This document shows, in pieces, positions 36,884 through 50,060 of a stretch of 64,000 nucleotides of DNA (positions within the stretch are counted from its first letter, which is position 1; every line of letters begins with the position of its first letter). The translations under genes and the position numbers were made by a program. Under the pieces are notes generated by a model. That model was given only the letters and a program-made list of their open reading frames with translations. It was not told where the DNA came from and did no database searches. Source of the stretch: Amoebidium appalachense (lineage: Eukaryota; Protista; Ichthyosporea); contig CAVNZM010000008.1 of assembly GCA_963693365.1 (NCBI GenBank), forward strand, positions 8,436,818 to 8,500,817, given 5' to 3'.

Positions 36884-39137
36884 CCACCACCACCATCACA
36901 CCACCACCACCAACACCGCGCCCTCTTTTTTGCTCTTTATCTATCCCCCCCCCCCCCCTCCCCCCTCTCCCCCCTCCCCCCCTCCCCCTCCCCTCCCCTC
37001 CCCCCCCCTCCCCTCCCCCCCTCCCCTCCCCCCTCCCCCCCCCCCCCCCTCCCCCCCTCCCCCCCCCCTCCCCCCCCCCCCCCCCCCGTTATTTGTCTGA
37101 CGCAATTTTCATCCCCCCCCCCCCCCCCCCCCCCCCCGTTATTTGTCTGACGCAATTTCATCCATGCATCGTGCGACATCATGCATGCTCATCATTTGCA
37201 ATTCATGGACAACAGAAACACACACACACACACATATTATGGCAATTCAGACACACATGCCACGGAAGGCACGCACACGCGCGTGCAGATTTGTGCCAGA
37301 GAATTTGGGAGCCTCTCAATCACTGACAGGCACATACACAACACACGCACACATATGCACACAAACACACACAGGCAAACACGCACTGAGAAACACATGC
37401 ACAGTGACACCCACACGTGTGCACACACCCTCTTCTCTAGGACACACGTGAAATGCCATGTAATTTTGCACATGTTAAGCGCGTATTGCGTCCACACAGC
37501 TTGCACATGTGGCACGACGTTTACTTGCGCACTGTCAGGGCACCACAGTGATTAGCAATGCCGAATGCCCGCCTTATAAGGACACAAAAACACACGGTCC
37601 CACGTCTACACCGAACAAAAATTGCAGACGCCGTCCCAGTCACATGTTGCGCATGATAGATTTGCCCTAAAGTTGTCAAAAGTCGAATTGCTGGTTAAAA
37701 CGAAGGGAAGAAGACTTAGTACAAACTTTATGTTGGTGATGGTGGTGGATGAGGGGGGGGGGAGGGAAGGGGGGAGGGGGGAGGGGGGGGAGGGGGGAGG
37801 CGAGCTTCCCAGAACTTGAGAGGGTAAGCAGCCGCGGCCGGCGCGAAGGGTCCCGTTTCCCCGTGCGGGGAGCGGGGCCGGGGGGGGGGAACCCACCACC
37901 CTACCAAAGAGTTGGGTTCCGGCATCCGGGGGGGAGGCGGGGGGGGGGGGGGGGGGGGGGGGAGGGGGGGGGGGGGGGGAACCCACCACCCAGGAGCGGT
38001 GGTCAGCTTAGGGAGAGGGGGGGGAGGGGGGGGGGGGGGAGACCCACCACCAGGGGGGACCTCAATACTTACTACTGCCCACCAACCCTTTCAAATTCAA
38101 AACTTTGATGCCTAATACCATTGAATCATGAATAATAAGCAAAACGTCACGGAGTACAAACCGTATCAAAGGACGACATGCATTACCCAAACATACATAC
38201 AAACAAATAAAAAGGCCTTATTGCTGACCTATGCCGACAGGCAAGCAGCGCACAAGACAAATGGGTATGAATTGTGTCAGAAAGCACCAACACAAGTGTA
38301 ACACGTGGTGACACACGACACACACCCACACGTGCACGGTAGTACACACACCGTTCCCAGAACCTTCCCCATGGGGCTAAATACCTCAAAATCGATCGTC
38401 TATTTGAGTACGTGATAATTAACCTATAGGAACGCTGACTTGAGAACCGAAGTGCCAGCGGCGCCTACATCCAGGTCCAACAACCAAGCATGTATCATAT
38501 ACAAAAGCATTTTCTTTGTTTTATATTGTTTTAGAGATTTTGAGAAATGATATATAATCTTTATAAGCTTTTTGGTGCTGATTACACCCCATTTCATGCT
38601 GTTCGCAATTGCATGGCATTCCTCGTGACAATTTTTTATCCTAGCCAGGCAAGTTGGCGTCCCAGGAATATCGGATATAGTTATTAAAAAACCCATTTCT
38701 GTAAATGTCTAATAATTCCAGGTGCAAAACCCCTTTTTCCCGCCTGTAGTGGGGATTTAAATTCTGAAATGCATTTTATTAAGAAATACGCCAATGATCT
38801 GTAGCTATTCCGTAAAGCATCGAAGGAATGATCTCCGACGCTTGGTATAAAAATGGTGGTCACTACCTCACAGACTGCATTTGGAAATTGGGTCCCCTTT
38901 GTCTTTCGTTCATTCTGTTACTTTTCTATTGTTGAATTCAGTAATTTTCTGGTGTGTCAACCTTCTTTCAAGCCTGTGCATGTCCGAGAAACAGCAGGAA
39001 ACACTAAGCTTGTCACCAGGCAAATTGGGTACTCTTAAACCTCTGCATTGTTTTTGTGCCTTCAAAAGTTTGTAGTGTATACGTAGCCTGTTCGAAAGAG
39101 CACGCATCACCCTCAAATTCCAACTCACCCACCTAAA

Positions 39138-39637
39138 ATGATATCCCTCGGGTACATGGGCGGGTCGACATCCTCCGCCCTCCCCGGCAGCCGCTCATAT
39201 TCAGTATACAGCAAGTCCGAACCAGAAAGTACCAATCACATTGGCGTACCGGTAGAATACGACACATACTGCTTCAATGATTTCGGGATTGAAGATGTAT
39301 TTTCCGGTGATTTGTCCAGTCACAGCTGGGCAACACCGAGCAGTTGCAGTAATCTCTGTAGCAGTTACAATTACGTTGACAATGGTGTGTGCAAACAAGA
39401 AGTAGTACATCACGAATTTAAAGAGATTAGACTGAAGAAGGAGAAGGCCGGGTATGGGGTCGCGCTGCAGCGGCTTGGCATGGACCACTATGTGGCTGCT
39501 GTAAGGAAAGGTAGCGCGGCGGAGAAATCCGGCCTGTCCGTTGGGGATAGAATTCTTGAGGTGAGTGATCTCTTGCTTCCCTTCCCGGCTGCATTTGCAT
39601 GCTTTCGCAATGATCAAGAGTTGGGGAGGAAGGGGGA

Positions 39638-39670
<33 letters not shown>

Positions 39671-40797
39671 CTGGTTTGTTCTATGGGCAGGATTAGCAAA
39701 TCTTGGTGACATGCGAAAAGAGCCCTTCAAATTAATATTTCGTGAATACCATGCCTAATCGTTGTACATTCAGCATCATCCACCGCTTGCCATCCCTCAC
39801 CGGTGTGCACATACACAATGGACGGAAAAGCCATGCACAAAAACAAATGCATTCGCGCGCGTGCACACAAACTGCATGCACACCGTGGCAAACACACACA
39901 TTGAATCAAGACAACCGTACTCACCACACACTCCTACACGCACTGACTTGGTCTGAAAAAAGTACTATTGAAACTTCATCGAAAGCCCCTAGCAACTCAT
40001 ACACACACACAAACCGAATACTTGAATCAAAATGTATGTGGTGTTTTCACACATGCGCTTGCGCTCGCACGCGCACACATGCACACAAGCACGTAGTCAT
40101 ACAGCTACACACGTATGCACACACACACACACACACACACACACTTACACACACACACCGCAGACACACACACTTACACACACACACACAAACAAACACG
40201 TAAGCACATCATTCATGACTGCACAATGGTCAATTGACAAAATCTCGCATACACTACCACATCAGTCATTTATGCAATCTTACTGATATATCACAACATA
40301 CACAGATCAATCGCACGGAAATTACCGGGTGCAGCATGAAGCAAGTGTACACAGCACTCGAAACAGCGGAGCATGTTATGTTGTTGATTAAACCAAAGGC
40401 ACTCTCACGAACGATTGTCATGAACAGGCAGGGAGATGAAAAACTCGGCATGTACATGCAGGTGTGTTTTCGCGTGTCTGTGTGATTTTGCACGTGTGAT
40501 GTGGGCGGTGTTTGCACGTGTTCTGTGTTCACAGGTGTAGGCATGCACTATTCATGGCATATGTTGCACAGTCTGAGTGTGCATGCATCTAGCTTCCTCC
40601 TCCCCCCCCCCCCCCCCCCTTTCAAACACACACACACACACACACATTGACTCCCATATGACCCCCGTCCCTCCCCCCTCCCCCTCCCCCCCCCCCCTAT
40701 GAATACCAAAATCAAACACACATACATACGTTGCCCCATGCGCACACACTAACTCCCATATTCCAAATTTGGGCCCAGGCTCTGTTCGCTTTTGTAA

Positions 40798-40859
<62 letters not shown>

Positions 40860-41445
40860 ACATACACACACACATCTCCCAGCTCCCACCCTCCCACACT
40901 CCTGCTTTTTAATGCAATCCAGCACTCCTTTGTTTTATCTACGCTTTGGTGAAGAAATGGTCCTGTCGTCCTGTCCTTCCTCTCCTTCCTCTCCTGGCAT
41001 CTACTGTCTCTCCCCCCCTCCACCTCCCTCTCCCTTTCTGTATGTGTACTTTGCACTCTGCATGTATTTCGCACCCTGTAACACATCCTATCCCCCCACT
41101 CCCCCCTGCCACCCCCACCCCCTCTCAAAAGATGATGGGCTCTTATTTCAGAGATTATCGACTGAAAAAACAAATTCCCAGGGCATTCAAATTGCGGAGA
41201 TCGCCCCTGACACGCTTGCTGATCGAATGAACGTGCCGCCCAAAACAGTGGTCGTGTCTGTGAACGGCAAATCGACGGTGGGATACGGAACCAATGACAT
41301 GACGCGTGAAATGGCCAACGCGGGAGATTCTGTCGTTTTAGAGATTGTGCCGGAAGTGGTTTACAGAGAACTTATGAAGCCTCTGATTGGTGGAATGAAG
41401 ATTGGGAATGAACTCGCAAAGATAAAGAGCGGAGGGGGGCACTAA
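39138..41445 (+). CDS. Syntenin (SDCBP)-like tandem PDZ protein
   Basis: Exons 39138-39560, 40306-40461, 41182-41445. PDZ1 GYGVAL...GSAAEKSGLSVGDRILEIN, short linker RTIVM, PDZ2 KLGM...SVNG...VVLEIVP, tail EVVYRELMK. Spacing parallels syntenin. Confidence 0.85.
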
Positions 41446-41835
41446 TGAATGTCGGCGCCGGCTGGCGGCTTGGAGAGAGCGACCTGTACCTGTACGTTCT
41501 TTTCCTTTCTGTCCTTTCTTCTTCGTTTTTTACTGTTTTATTTATCCACCCCTTTCTTATTCTTCCTTCACTCCTTCTTCTCTCTTCTTCTTTTCCTGAC
41601 CTTTCCATCTTTCTTTTCTCTTTCTTTTTCATTTTTGTTCTTTCCCCTCCAAAAGATCGAATGCACTTTATTGCAGGGGAGTCTGTGGCCTGGTGCGCAG
41701 ATTAAATGGGGGGGGGGAAGGGGGGGGGGTCGATTTTCATGACTAACTTTTCATTATGTCTACACACCAACAAGGAATGAAGGTACTCGTAGGTTGCAGT
41801 TAGGTCTCCGGCGAATGGTCAATACTAATCGACGA

Positions 41836-41990
41836 ACATACAACATAGAGTCTATCATCGGACAGCGATATGAACGAAGTTAAAGACGGTTCACATACCA
41901 TAGTGAAACAGTGCGAGAAGCCTAATGAGAAAGTAGGCAGAATATCATTAAAAGAAACTAACAAACTTCTCGTGATATCCTGTTCTTGAT
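41836..41990 (+). pseudogene. Degenerate chromodomain-like relic
   Basis: TYNIESIIGQRYERS*RRFTY/IVKQ resembles the chromodomain Y.VE.I...R.......Y.VKW pattern; one stop and one frameshift. Confidence 0.4.
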
Positions 41991-42112
41991 GATGTCCTCC
42001 CCCCCCCCCCCCTCCCCCCCCCCCCCCCCCTAGTTCCAAGCCCCAACAGTGCCTCCCCCCCCCCTCCCCATCCAACACTTACAGCCTAACCCCGCTCCCC
42101 CCCCCCCCCCCC

Positions 42113-42757
42113 TCGTATATACGCGGGCTAAGGGGTCGAAACTCAGACGCAATTGATGACTTGGGCCCTCCCTGAGGATGGGCTCTGCTTATGACGCATA
42201 CTGTGCGCATGGATGATGTTGCATACTTGAATGTTTGCCTTTGCATGTGTCCTGCACCATGCTTCTCATCGTGTATGCGTACTTCGTACCGTGTTCCGCA
42301 TTCAAAAACCCCTCAGTCTTCTTTCAGAGGTGTCCTTTCAGGACAGACCACTGTGTGGAGACCGCTTTACTTCCATGCAACCGGGCATGGTTGCTCTGCG
42401 TCGTGCATCTGTAAGCACCTACACATTTTTCGCTGCACTGCATTAGTTTGCACACACATCTTCACCGTTTTGCTCACCTTGCTTGCATAAGCAACCCTGC
42501 TCGTCGTTGATCAAGACGGGTTGACCCTCCCAAGTTCAGTTGATGCTGCTGTCTGAGTTGGAGAGTCGTATATACGCGGGCTGAGGGGTCGAAACTCAGA
42601 CGCATTTGATGACTTGGGCCCTCCCTGAGGATGGGCTCTGCTTATGACGCATACTGTGCGCATGGATGATGTTGCATACTTGAATGTTTGCCTTTGCATG
42701 TGTCCTGCACCATGCTTCTCATCGTGTATGCGTACTTCGCACCGTGTTCCGCATTCA
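42113..42757 (-). mobile_element. TRIM-like miniature LTR element: LTR, 49-bp spacer, truncated LTR
   Basis: 404-bp TG...CA unit 42354-42757 and partial copy 42113-42304. On the - strand the spacer reads cag-TGGTCTGTCCTGAAAGGA (PBS-like)...GAAAGAAGACTGAGGGG (PPT-like). Confidence 0.7.
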
Positions 42758-42902
42758 AAACCCCCCTCTCCCCCACCCACCCTCCCATTGCAACTTAATC
42801 CCCCGGCCCCCCACTTCACCCCATGCAACCTGCCAGCCCCTCCCCCTCCCCCCTCCCCCCCCCCCTCGCCCTCGCCCTCCCCCCCCAAAAAAAAAAACCA
42901 CG

Positions 42903-42944
<42 letters not shown>

Positions 42945-43179
42945 TTCTCACTCCCCTCTCCCTCCCTCCACCCCACCCCACCCCATGGCCACCCCACCCC
43001 TTGCAACCCAAACCCCCCTGCTCCCGCCCCCAACTCCTTGCACCCTACCTACCCCTCCAGTCCCCCACCCCTCTCTCCCCGGGACACCGGAACAAACCGC
43101 GTGTGCACACATACACAACACGCGCAGACACGCACGCACGCACGCGGGTGCACGCACGCACACACACACACACACACAA

Positions 43180-43216
<37 letters not shown>

Positions 43217-43468
43217 GGCTTTCTATACGACTGGAACATACGCCCATACACAAATGCACGTCACACCTACACTGGCTTCCTCACGTTTCCTCACTCGTAC
43301 CCACACAGCACGTGCACCAAAAAACACGCACATATACAAGCACAGGCGCGCCACACAAATGCAAACATACAAACTCGGTCATGGACTCACCGTCCCACTC
43401 AAACGGGTACTCATACAGACATGGGCACAGCAAACACGATCTCAGACTCTCTCCCGCTCCTCCTCCCC

Positions 43469-43521
<53 letters not shown>

Positions 43522-44607
43522 CCGCCCAGCGTCTTTCTCTCTTTGCCCTTACACTCATACCCACAGCCCACAAGCACAGACACGGGCTTTCCGTGACTAG
43601 CAAAGGACATAGTCATAGATGCACACACAGCAAACAACATTGTTGCACAAACTAACACAGTACACAACATCACTGCACGTGAGCGCACGGGCACATGCAG
43701 GCACACACACATACACCATCATCCAGTAAGTTCACGTATGTTGGTCTTATTCAGACACGTCACAAGGGGTCGTAGCACGTTGCTTTCCATTTGTCCGAAC
43801 ATCAGAGCTTGTTAGACGAACACAATTCAGTCGCAGAAAAAGCAATATTATTCGAGTCTGTATCACAAGGAGCTGCACACAGGTGCATGTCGATTCAAAC
43901 CCACAAGCTTATGGCGAGTAACACGTGTTTACACCCTTGTAAATGTGTATTATTCATATATGAACAATTATACAAGTCTATTAGTAGTTGCATAGGTATA
44001 TTCTCGACGTCGACCCTTTCATGTGGTTACTATCATAAAAGTACAGATGTTTAGTGCAAGCCCGCCAACCAGGCTAAAGCAATCATAATTTCCCTATTGG
44101 GGTTTCCATCATTTGCATACATACTGCATACTGTAATTGAGGGGTTTGAACGTAAATTTCACGCGGCTCTGGCGGATTTAGCCGCTAAGCCGCGGCCCAT
44201 TCTGATGATGCAATCAATTTTCCGCCTCGGTACAAAAGCGCGCCAAGTCGCCCCACAAAGGTCTCAGATAACTCGAACACTTGTTCGGACGTCTACCCTT
44301 CTCCTCTCTCTCAAGGTGAAGTTTTCATTCATGCTCAGCCATCATCTCTGCAGAAGCTACGCGTTCGGAGCTTCTGCACTGAACACCACTGTACTGTGCA
44401 TTTCTCTTAGTGCGTGGTATTCATTTTTTTTTTTTTTTCTCCCCTATTCAAACACGTTACATTCACCACTTGAACAGTCCTACCGGTCCATGTTTCTTCA
44501 CGAACATTTCCTTACGTCATAGCCTTTACATAGTCTCTATCCTCAACAGATCTCTGCAGTCACTTACACGCACACACAAACACACGCGCCACACTTCCTA
44601 AGACAAC

Positions 44608-46746
44608 ATGGAGGGAATTGGCACTTTTCTGGGGTCGCAGCAGCAGCAGCAGCCCACTACTCAACCTAGAGTGCAGACCCCCATGGAGACGTTCCGCACA
44701 CTGGAGAGAGTCGTAACTGCCAACCTTTCTGCTGGTCTGCTGACAGATGCAGAGAGGAACGCTGTTTTTGCCAACGCCGACACTGCAGGAGACGTTGACA
44801 TTGAGAATCCTGTGGCGCTCGCGAGACTCTCCAAGGACGCAAACCTGTTCGACCGCCGTGTGGCCAAGGTGGAGTATTATGCGAAGGTTTACGATGACGT
44901 GCGCGACAAGTTGAAGCAGAAGGCACAGACGGGACCGGCACGAGGGGCACAGCAAGGGGCAGGGACAAACACAGGCAACAACAATAACATTGGCCATGTT
45001 TTCGAATCTTCCTCCAAGCCTGCTCACTCCGGGAATGTGCCTGCACCCACACCCACACGTGGCTTCTCCCTTGACGCAAACTCCGCTCCTCGGTCTTTTT
45101 CTTCCGCTCCAGCATCACTTATTGCTTCGCCCATTCCAACATTCACACACTTGCCATGTGGCGCCTCTTCTCCTCTCCTCAAACCGGCAACCATGTTCGC
45201 TTCTACGCACAAAAACCCTGTTTCTAGCATGAACATCCAACCACACCAACCGGTGCTTTCAGGCATGCAAGCACAGGGCAGCAACCCAACCGTTTTTCGC
45301 AACGCTGACATGCGTCCGCTGAAACGTCGTCACGAGGAGGAGCCCCAGCAGCAGCAGCAGCAGACAACATCGGCGGTGTGGCTTGGAGATGATTCCACCA
45401 CTACCTTGCAGATGTCAAAGCGCATGCGCACCCATCAAGCACCGGTTCTTTCTGGTATGCAAGCACAGGTCGGTGTCCCAAGTCATGTTTCTCGCAACAT
45501 TGACATGGGCCCGGTCAAGCGCCGGCACGAGGAAGACACACAGCAGCAACACCCAGCCTCGGTTGGACACGGAGATGGGTCCGCCGTGGAGGCCCCACAC
45601 ACGGTTGCTTCACAGGCGCCAAAACGCCGGAGGGTAACCAAGCAGGAAACGGAACCGAAACCCAGGCAGCACGCGCCCAGAAAGCCACGTGCCCCGCAAG
45701 CCACCAAGGCCAAGGCGGCGCGAGGCGCAGCAACCACGAACAGCCGCAAGGCCCCCAACCCCACGGCGCAAGATGAGCGATTCGAGACCATCACAGTTGC
45801 GGCGCACGATGATGAGACTCTGAGCGTGGGTCCAGCGCTCGAGGACCGGCAACAGGCACGTGCCAACGTGACATGTGTCCAGAACCCTCCCTCCGGCGTT
45901 TCGCTTGCGCAAAATCAGCAACATGAGTTCGTCGCTTCCGGAAACAACCAGCAGTCGAACCAGGACGACGGATGGGCTAAGCAGACGCCTGCCTCCTTTC
46001 ACCATTCCAGGAACGGGAGCCACCCAGCGGCCCATGTCTTGGCGGCAATGGCCCGTCTGAACGACCTGCAAGCGCAGATGGATCGGCCGCAAGCGTCGTA
46101 TGCCCCCACCGGCGGATATTCGACATCTGCCACAGGACCTCCACTTGTTGGTGCCCATGGCCAAGCAAACGGCCAAGCAAGCAACCAAGCAAACGACTGG
46201 GCCGCAACCGATAGTCTTTTCGGTCTGGCCGACCTGGGCACACAGAGAACATGGTCTTGGGAATCCGTCTCGACCGCCGGCTCCAACCAGCAAAACCTGC
46301 TTGGCAACAGCTCCTCCAATGGGAGCCTGGGCGGGGGAGGAAGCGCCACCGGTTCCGTGCCCGGCACCCCTGTCATGGGCTTTGGTCGCCGGTCAATGTC
46401 GCCCCCTCTTCCAGCAGATGCCCTCCTTGGCACGTACTTTCAAGCGAGCAACATCAATTTTGCCGCTCACGGCCCCAATCCGCTGAAGATGACGCAACAT
46501 GGGGCTGCGAACAGGGCTGAGGGAAGGGGGAGGGGTGTGTTTGAGAGCGAGAGGGAGAGTGCCGGGTTCCCAACGCAAGCGCATGCACAGCTGCACTTCC
46601 CCGTCCACCCGCCCCCGCCCCTTTACAACGTGCCGGTGTACCCGGGAACGACGCAGATGTTTCGAGGGAATGGAGTCGGTGGCGGTTCTGGAATGCGAGG
46701 TGGGAGGCAAGGGATTTCGGGGAACATGGTTCTTCGGATGGGTTAA
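44608..46746 (+). CDS. Intronless 712-aa hypothetical protein, mostly low complexity, probably nuclear
   Basis: Long ATG-to-TAA ORF free of microsatellites; helical N-terminal ~110 aa; internal ~40-aa duplication; KRR-type basic clusters; possible 5' UTR intron 44315-44559. Confidence 0.8.
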   Translation: MEGIGTFLGSQQQQQPTTQPRVQTPMETFRTLERVVTANLSAGLLTDAERNAVFANADTAGDVDIENPVALARLSKDANLFDRRVAKVEYYAKVYDDVRDKLKQKAQTGPARGAQQGAGTNTGNNNNIGHVFESSSKPAHSGNVPAPTPTRGFSLDANSAPRSFSSAPASLIASPIPTFTHLPCGASSPLLKPATMFASTHKNPVSSMNIQPHQPVLSGMQAQGSNPTVFRNADMRPLKRRHEEEPQQQQQQTTSAVWLGDDSTTTLQMSKRMRTHQAPVLSGMQAQVGVPSHVSRNIDMGPVKRRHEEDTQQQHPASVGHGDGSAVEAPHTVASQAPKRRRVTKQETEPKPRQHAPRKPRAPQATKAKAARGAATTNSRKAPNPTAQDERFETITVAAHDDETLSVGPALEDRQQARANVTCVQNPPSGVSLAQNQQHEFVASGNNQQSNQDDGWAKQTPASFHHSRNGSHPAAHVLAAMARLNDLQAQMDRPQASYAPTGGYSTSATGPPLVGAHGQANGQASNQANDWAATDSLFGLADLGTQRTWSWESVSTAGSNQQNLLGNSSSNGSLGGGGSATGSVPGTPVMGFGRRSMSPPLPADALLGTYFQASNINFAAHGPNPLKMTQHGAANRAEGRGRGVFESERESAGFPTQAHAQLHFPVHPPPPLYNVPVYPGTTQMFRGNGVGGGSGMRGGRQGISGNMVLRMG

Positions 46747-46979
46747 GGTGTTTGATTTGATAGGTAATGGGTTATAGTGGATAGTGGGTTTAATTGTTGA
46801 GTGGGCCGTGTAGTCGTGATGAATGTCTGGTGTGTATGTTAATGCTTGCGCTCATGTAGCCAAAATTTGAAAGCAAAAAAAGAATAGCATAAAACTATAT
46901 AAAAGCCAAAAATAGTTGTAACATATGTGTGTAGGTGCCGTTTGTTTTGAGATGAGATGATAGAAGGATGTGTGTGTGT

Positions 46980-47044
<65 letters not shown>

Positions 47045-47285
47045 CCCTCGTGTTTGGCATATTGTAATGGTTACGTTTGTGTGTAGGCTAAGCATTCCAT
47101 TCCGCCATCTGCCATTCATCCACCGGCGCCACGGAATGTGGGATGGCCGGGAGATGGGGATGGGGAAGGGACACCAGCATGCACACACACAAACGGAACA
47201 CAGACAGTGTGCCAATACTGTTTTTCTTTTTGTAGGTGGGTGAGTGGCGATAGCCTATGTGTTTTTTCCTTGTTTTTCTTTCTTT

Positions 47286-47357
<72 letters not shown>

Positions 47358-47907
47358 TTTTTTTTCCTTTTTGGGAACCGGTTGTTGTTGTTTTAGTGTT
47401 CCAAGCGCGTATACACACAAACACACACATAGACCTGTTTTGTGGCGCTGATAACTTGGGGGGATGCCCCCTTTTTTGGATACATATCATACGATACTAT
47501 TTGCTAACGATGTGCTTTTGTGAAGGCTCTTTTTTATGTGTAGATGTAGATACGATGTATGGATATATGCTGGTGTGAAGGCAATTCTAAACTTTTGATA
47601 TATAAATATATTTGTATGGAGATACTTGTATGTGCCCTTTTTACATGATTATACATGTGCCTGTATGTGTCTATTGATTATTGGAGTATAAAACGAAACG
47701 AACAAAAAAATACCTTGTGTTTATATTATTGAAGTAATACAAAAAAAAACAAAAAAATTGCCTGTATATATGTGTCCTTTTTACATATTAAAAGTTATAC
47801 ATGTATCGATATGCTTAGCGGTTGATGCTTGGTGACACCTGGGGTGTTCACCCAACTGGCTGGCCGTGGAGGGCCCAGCCAATAATAATAAAAAAAATTT
47901 AAAAAAA

Positions 47908-48110
47908 AAACGTGAAACTTCACAGAGTTACTCACCTATGCACGTGCACGAACGCATAAAAACGTAAAATAATACACAAGAGGTTTTAATGCATACGCGT
48001 GGTTGAGCGCATAAAGAAACGTGAAATCACACAGAGGTTTCAAAGCACACTGTGCACAAGCGCATATAAACGTGAAAATACACAGAAGTTTTCTTGCATA
48101 CGCGTGCGCA
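47908..48110. repeat. Degenerate ~50-bp minisatellite, about 4 units
   Basis: Recurring aaacgt[ga]aaa...cac[a]aga[ga]gtt...gcatacgcgtg. Confidence 0.7.
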
Positions 48111-48375
48111 AGCGCGCACGACCAATGCAAGAGGTTGTTTGTTGTTTGTAAGCACTAATATTTGCAACACGCATGCACGTGTACGCAGAGGGTGGGCAGG
48201 TGCATACATGCTCGCACACACACACAATATACACACACATGCACAACACGCCTTCACACCATTACACACACATGCACACACACACACACACCTGCGCACA
48301 ATCACACACACACAACATACACGCACGCGCGCGGACACACACACACATAGGCCCCACAGGAACACGAGCACACAC

Positions 48376-48429
<54 letters not shown>

Positions 48430-48445
48430 ACAGACCCACAAACAC

Positions 48446-48501
<56 letters not shown>

Positions 48502-48956
48502 AGACAGACACACAAAAAGAGACGGGGGGGGAGGGGGAGGGGGGAGGGGGGGGGAGACAGCACAGGCACACCCACGTGATATCCTATGTATACTTTGTCA
48601 TCGGATCCATTTTCATATATGTCTTCGCAGAGTAGTGGGTAAAGGGGGCATCATAAGTTGTACGGTTTAATCGTGTTAATAATCGTGATCAGGCTTGAAA
48701 TGGCCGGCTTCTTCCCTAATAACTACAGTGAACCGATCACATTACATGTGCAAAATAAATATTTAAACCCATTTTGGATTGGTTGTCGCAGTTGTACTTA
48801 AGTAAGAAGTCTTGGTTGATGGCTGGTCCACGATAGGGAAGAAGGTGCAAAAATAAAGCACAAAAGAAATGAAATACTACATAATAAGCCGATTGAATGA
48901 TAGATACTAAACGGCATTCCTATCAAGTTGATCGATGAAAGACAGGATTTCGATTC

Positions 48957-48994
<38 letters not shown>

Positions 48995-49312
48995 CCCCCC
49001 TCTCCCCCCTCTTTCTCTCTCTCTCTCTCCCTCTCTGTCTCTCCGAGTCTCTCTCTCTCCCTCTCTCTCCCTCCCTCCCCCTCGCTATCTCCGAGTCTCT
49101 CTCTGTCTCTCTCCCCTCCCCCCCCCCCCCCCCTCTCTCTCTTCTCTTTCTCTCTCTCTCTGTGTGTGTGGGTGGGTGTGTGTGTGTGTGTGTATGTGTC
49201 TCCCTTTTCCTCCCTCCCCTCCCTCCCCCCCCCCCCCCCCTTCCCCCCCCCCCTCCCCCCCGCGACTTGCAACCCCACGGCTCCCCCCTTGCTCCCCTCC
49301 CCACTCCCCCCT

Positions 49313-49347
<35 letters not shown>

Positions 49348-49884
49348 CCCCCCGTCCCCCCCTTCCCCCGCCCGCCTCCCCCATCATGCACTTTCATCGG
49401 ATTCCGGCCAGGTTTCTGGTTGGAAGCTATTTCATAGTGATTTTACACCGATCTTTGGACCAAGCAGAAAAGACCAAAACGAGTTTTTAAAGTGGTTTGT
49501 CTTTTCCGAATTTGTTGAAAGACTGAATCTATACACTGTTAATGTTCATGGGTATATTATTTGGTGCCGTCTGTGTGTCTGCTGCCATACATGGGTAGTG
49601 TGCATGTGGTAGGGCTTTCAAGTGTCTCCCTCTCTCTCTCTGTCTCTCTCTCTCTCTCTGTGTGTGTGTCAGGTAAGTAGTCGTCACCCGACAAAAGTGA
49701 TCTGGATAGGTGAAAATGGTGTGCACTGATTGCAGTAACGATCTAAAAATAAAATACTGTGTTAATACCTATAAGGCTTAAGATTACAAGTGTGCACGAT
49801 TACTTATGGGGTTTTTGGTGTCATGTGTATGGTCCTGCTCCCATGCATGGGTGAAGAGCATGTGTTAGGATGTTGGTGTGCACA

Positions 49885-50060
<176 letters not shown>

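Noticed and set aside
42551-42640. Hammerhead ribozyme in the LTR-like repeat
   Set aside because: CTGAGGGG...GAAAC lacks CUGANGA and stem II; the later CTGAGGA has no downstream GAAA.
44680-44930. KIX domain in the 712-aa orphan
   Set aside because: Only an EYY motif and helical character match; too weak to call.
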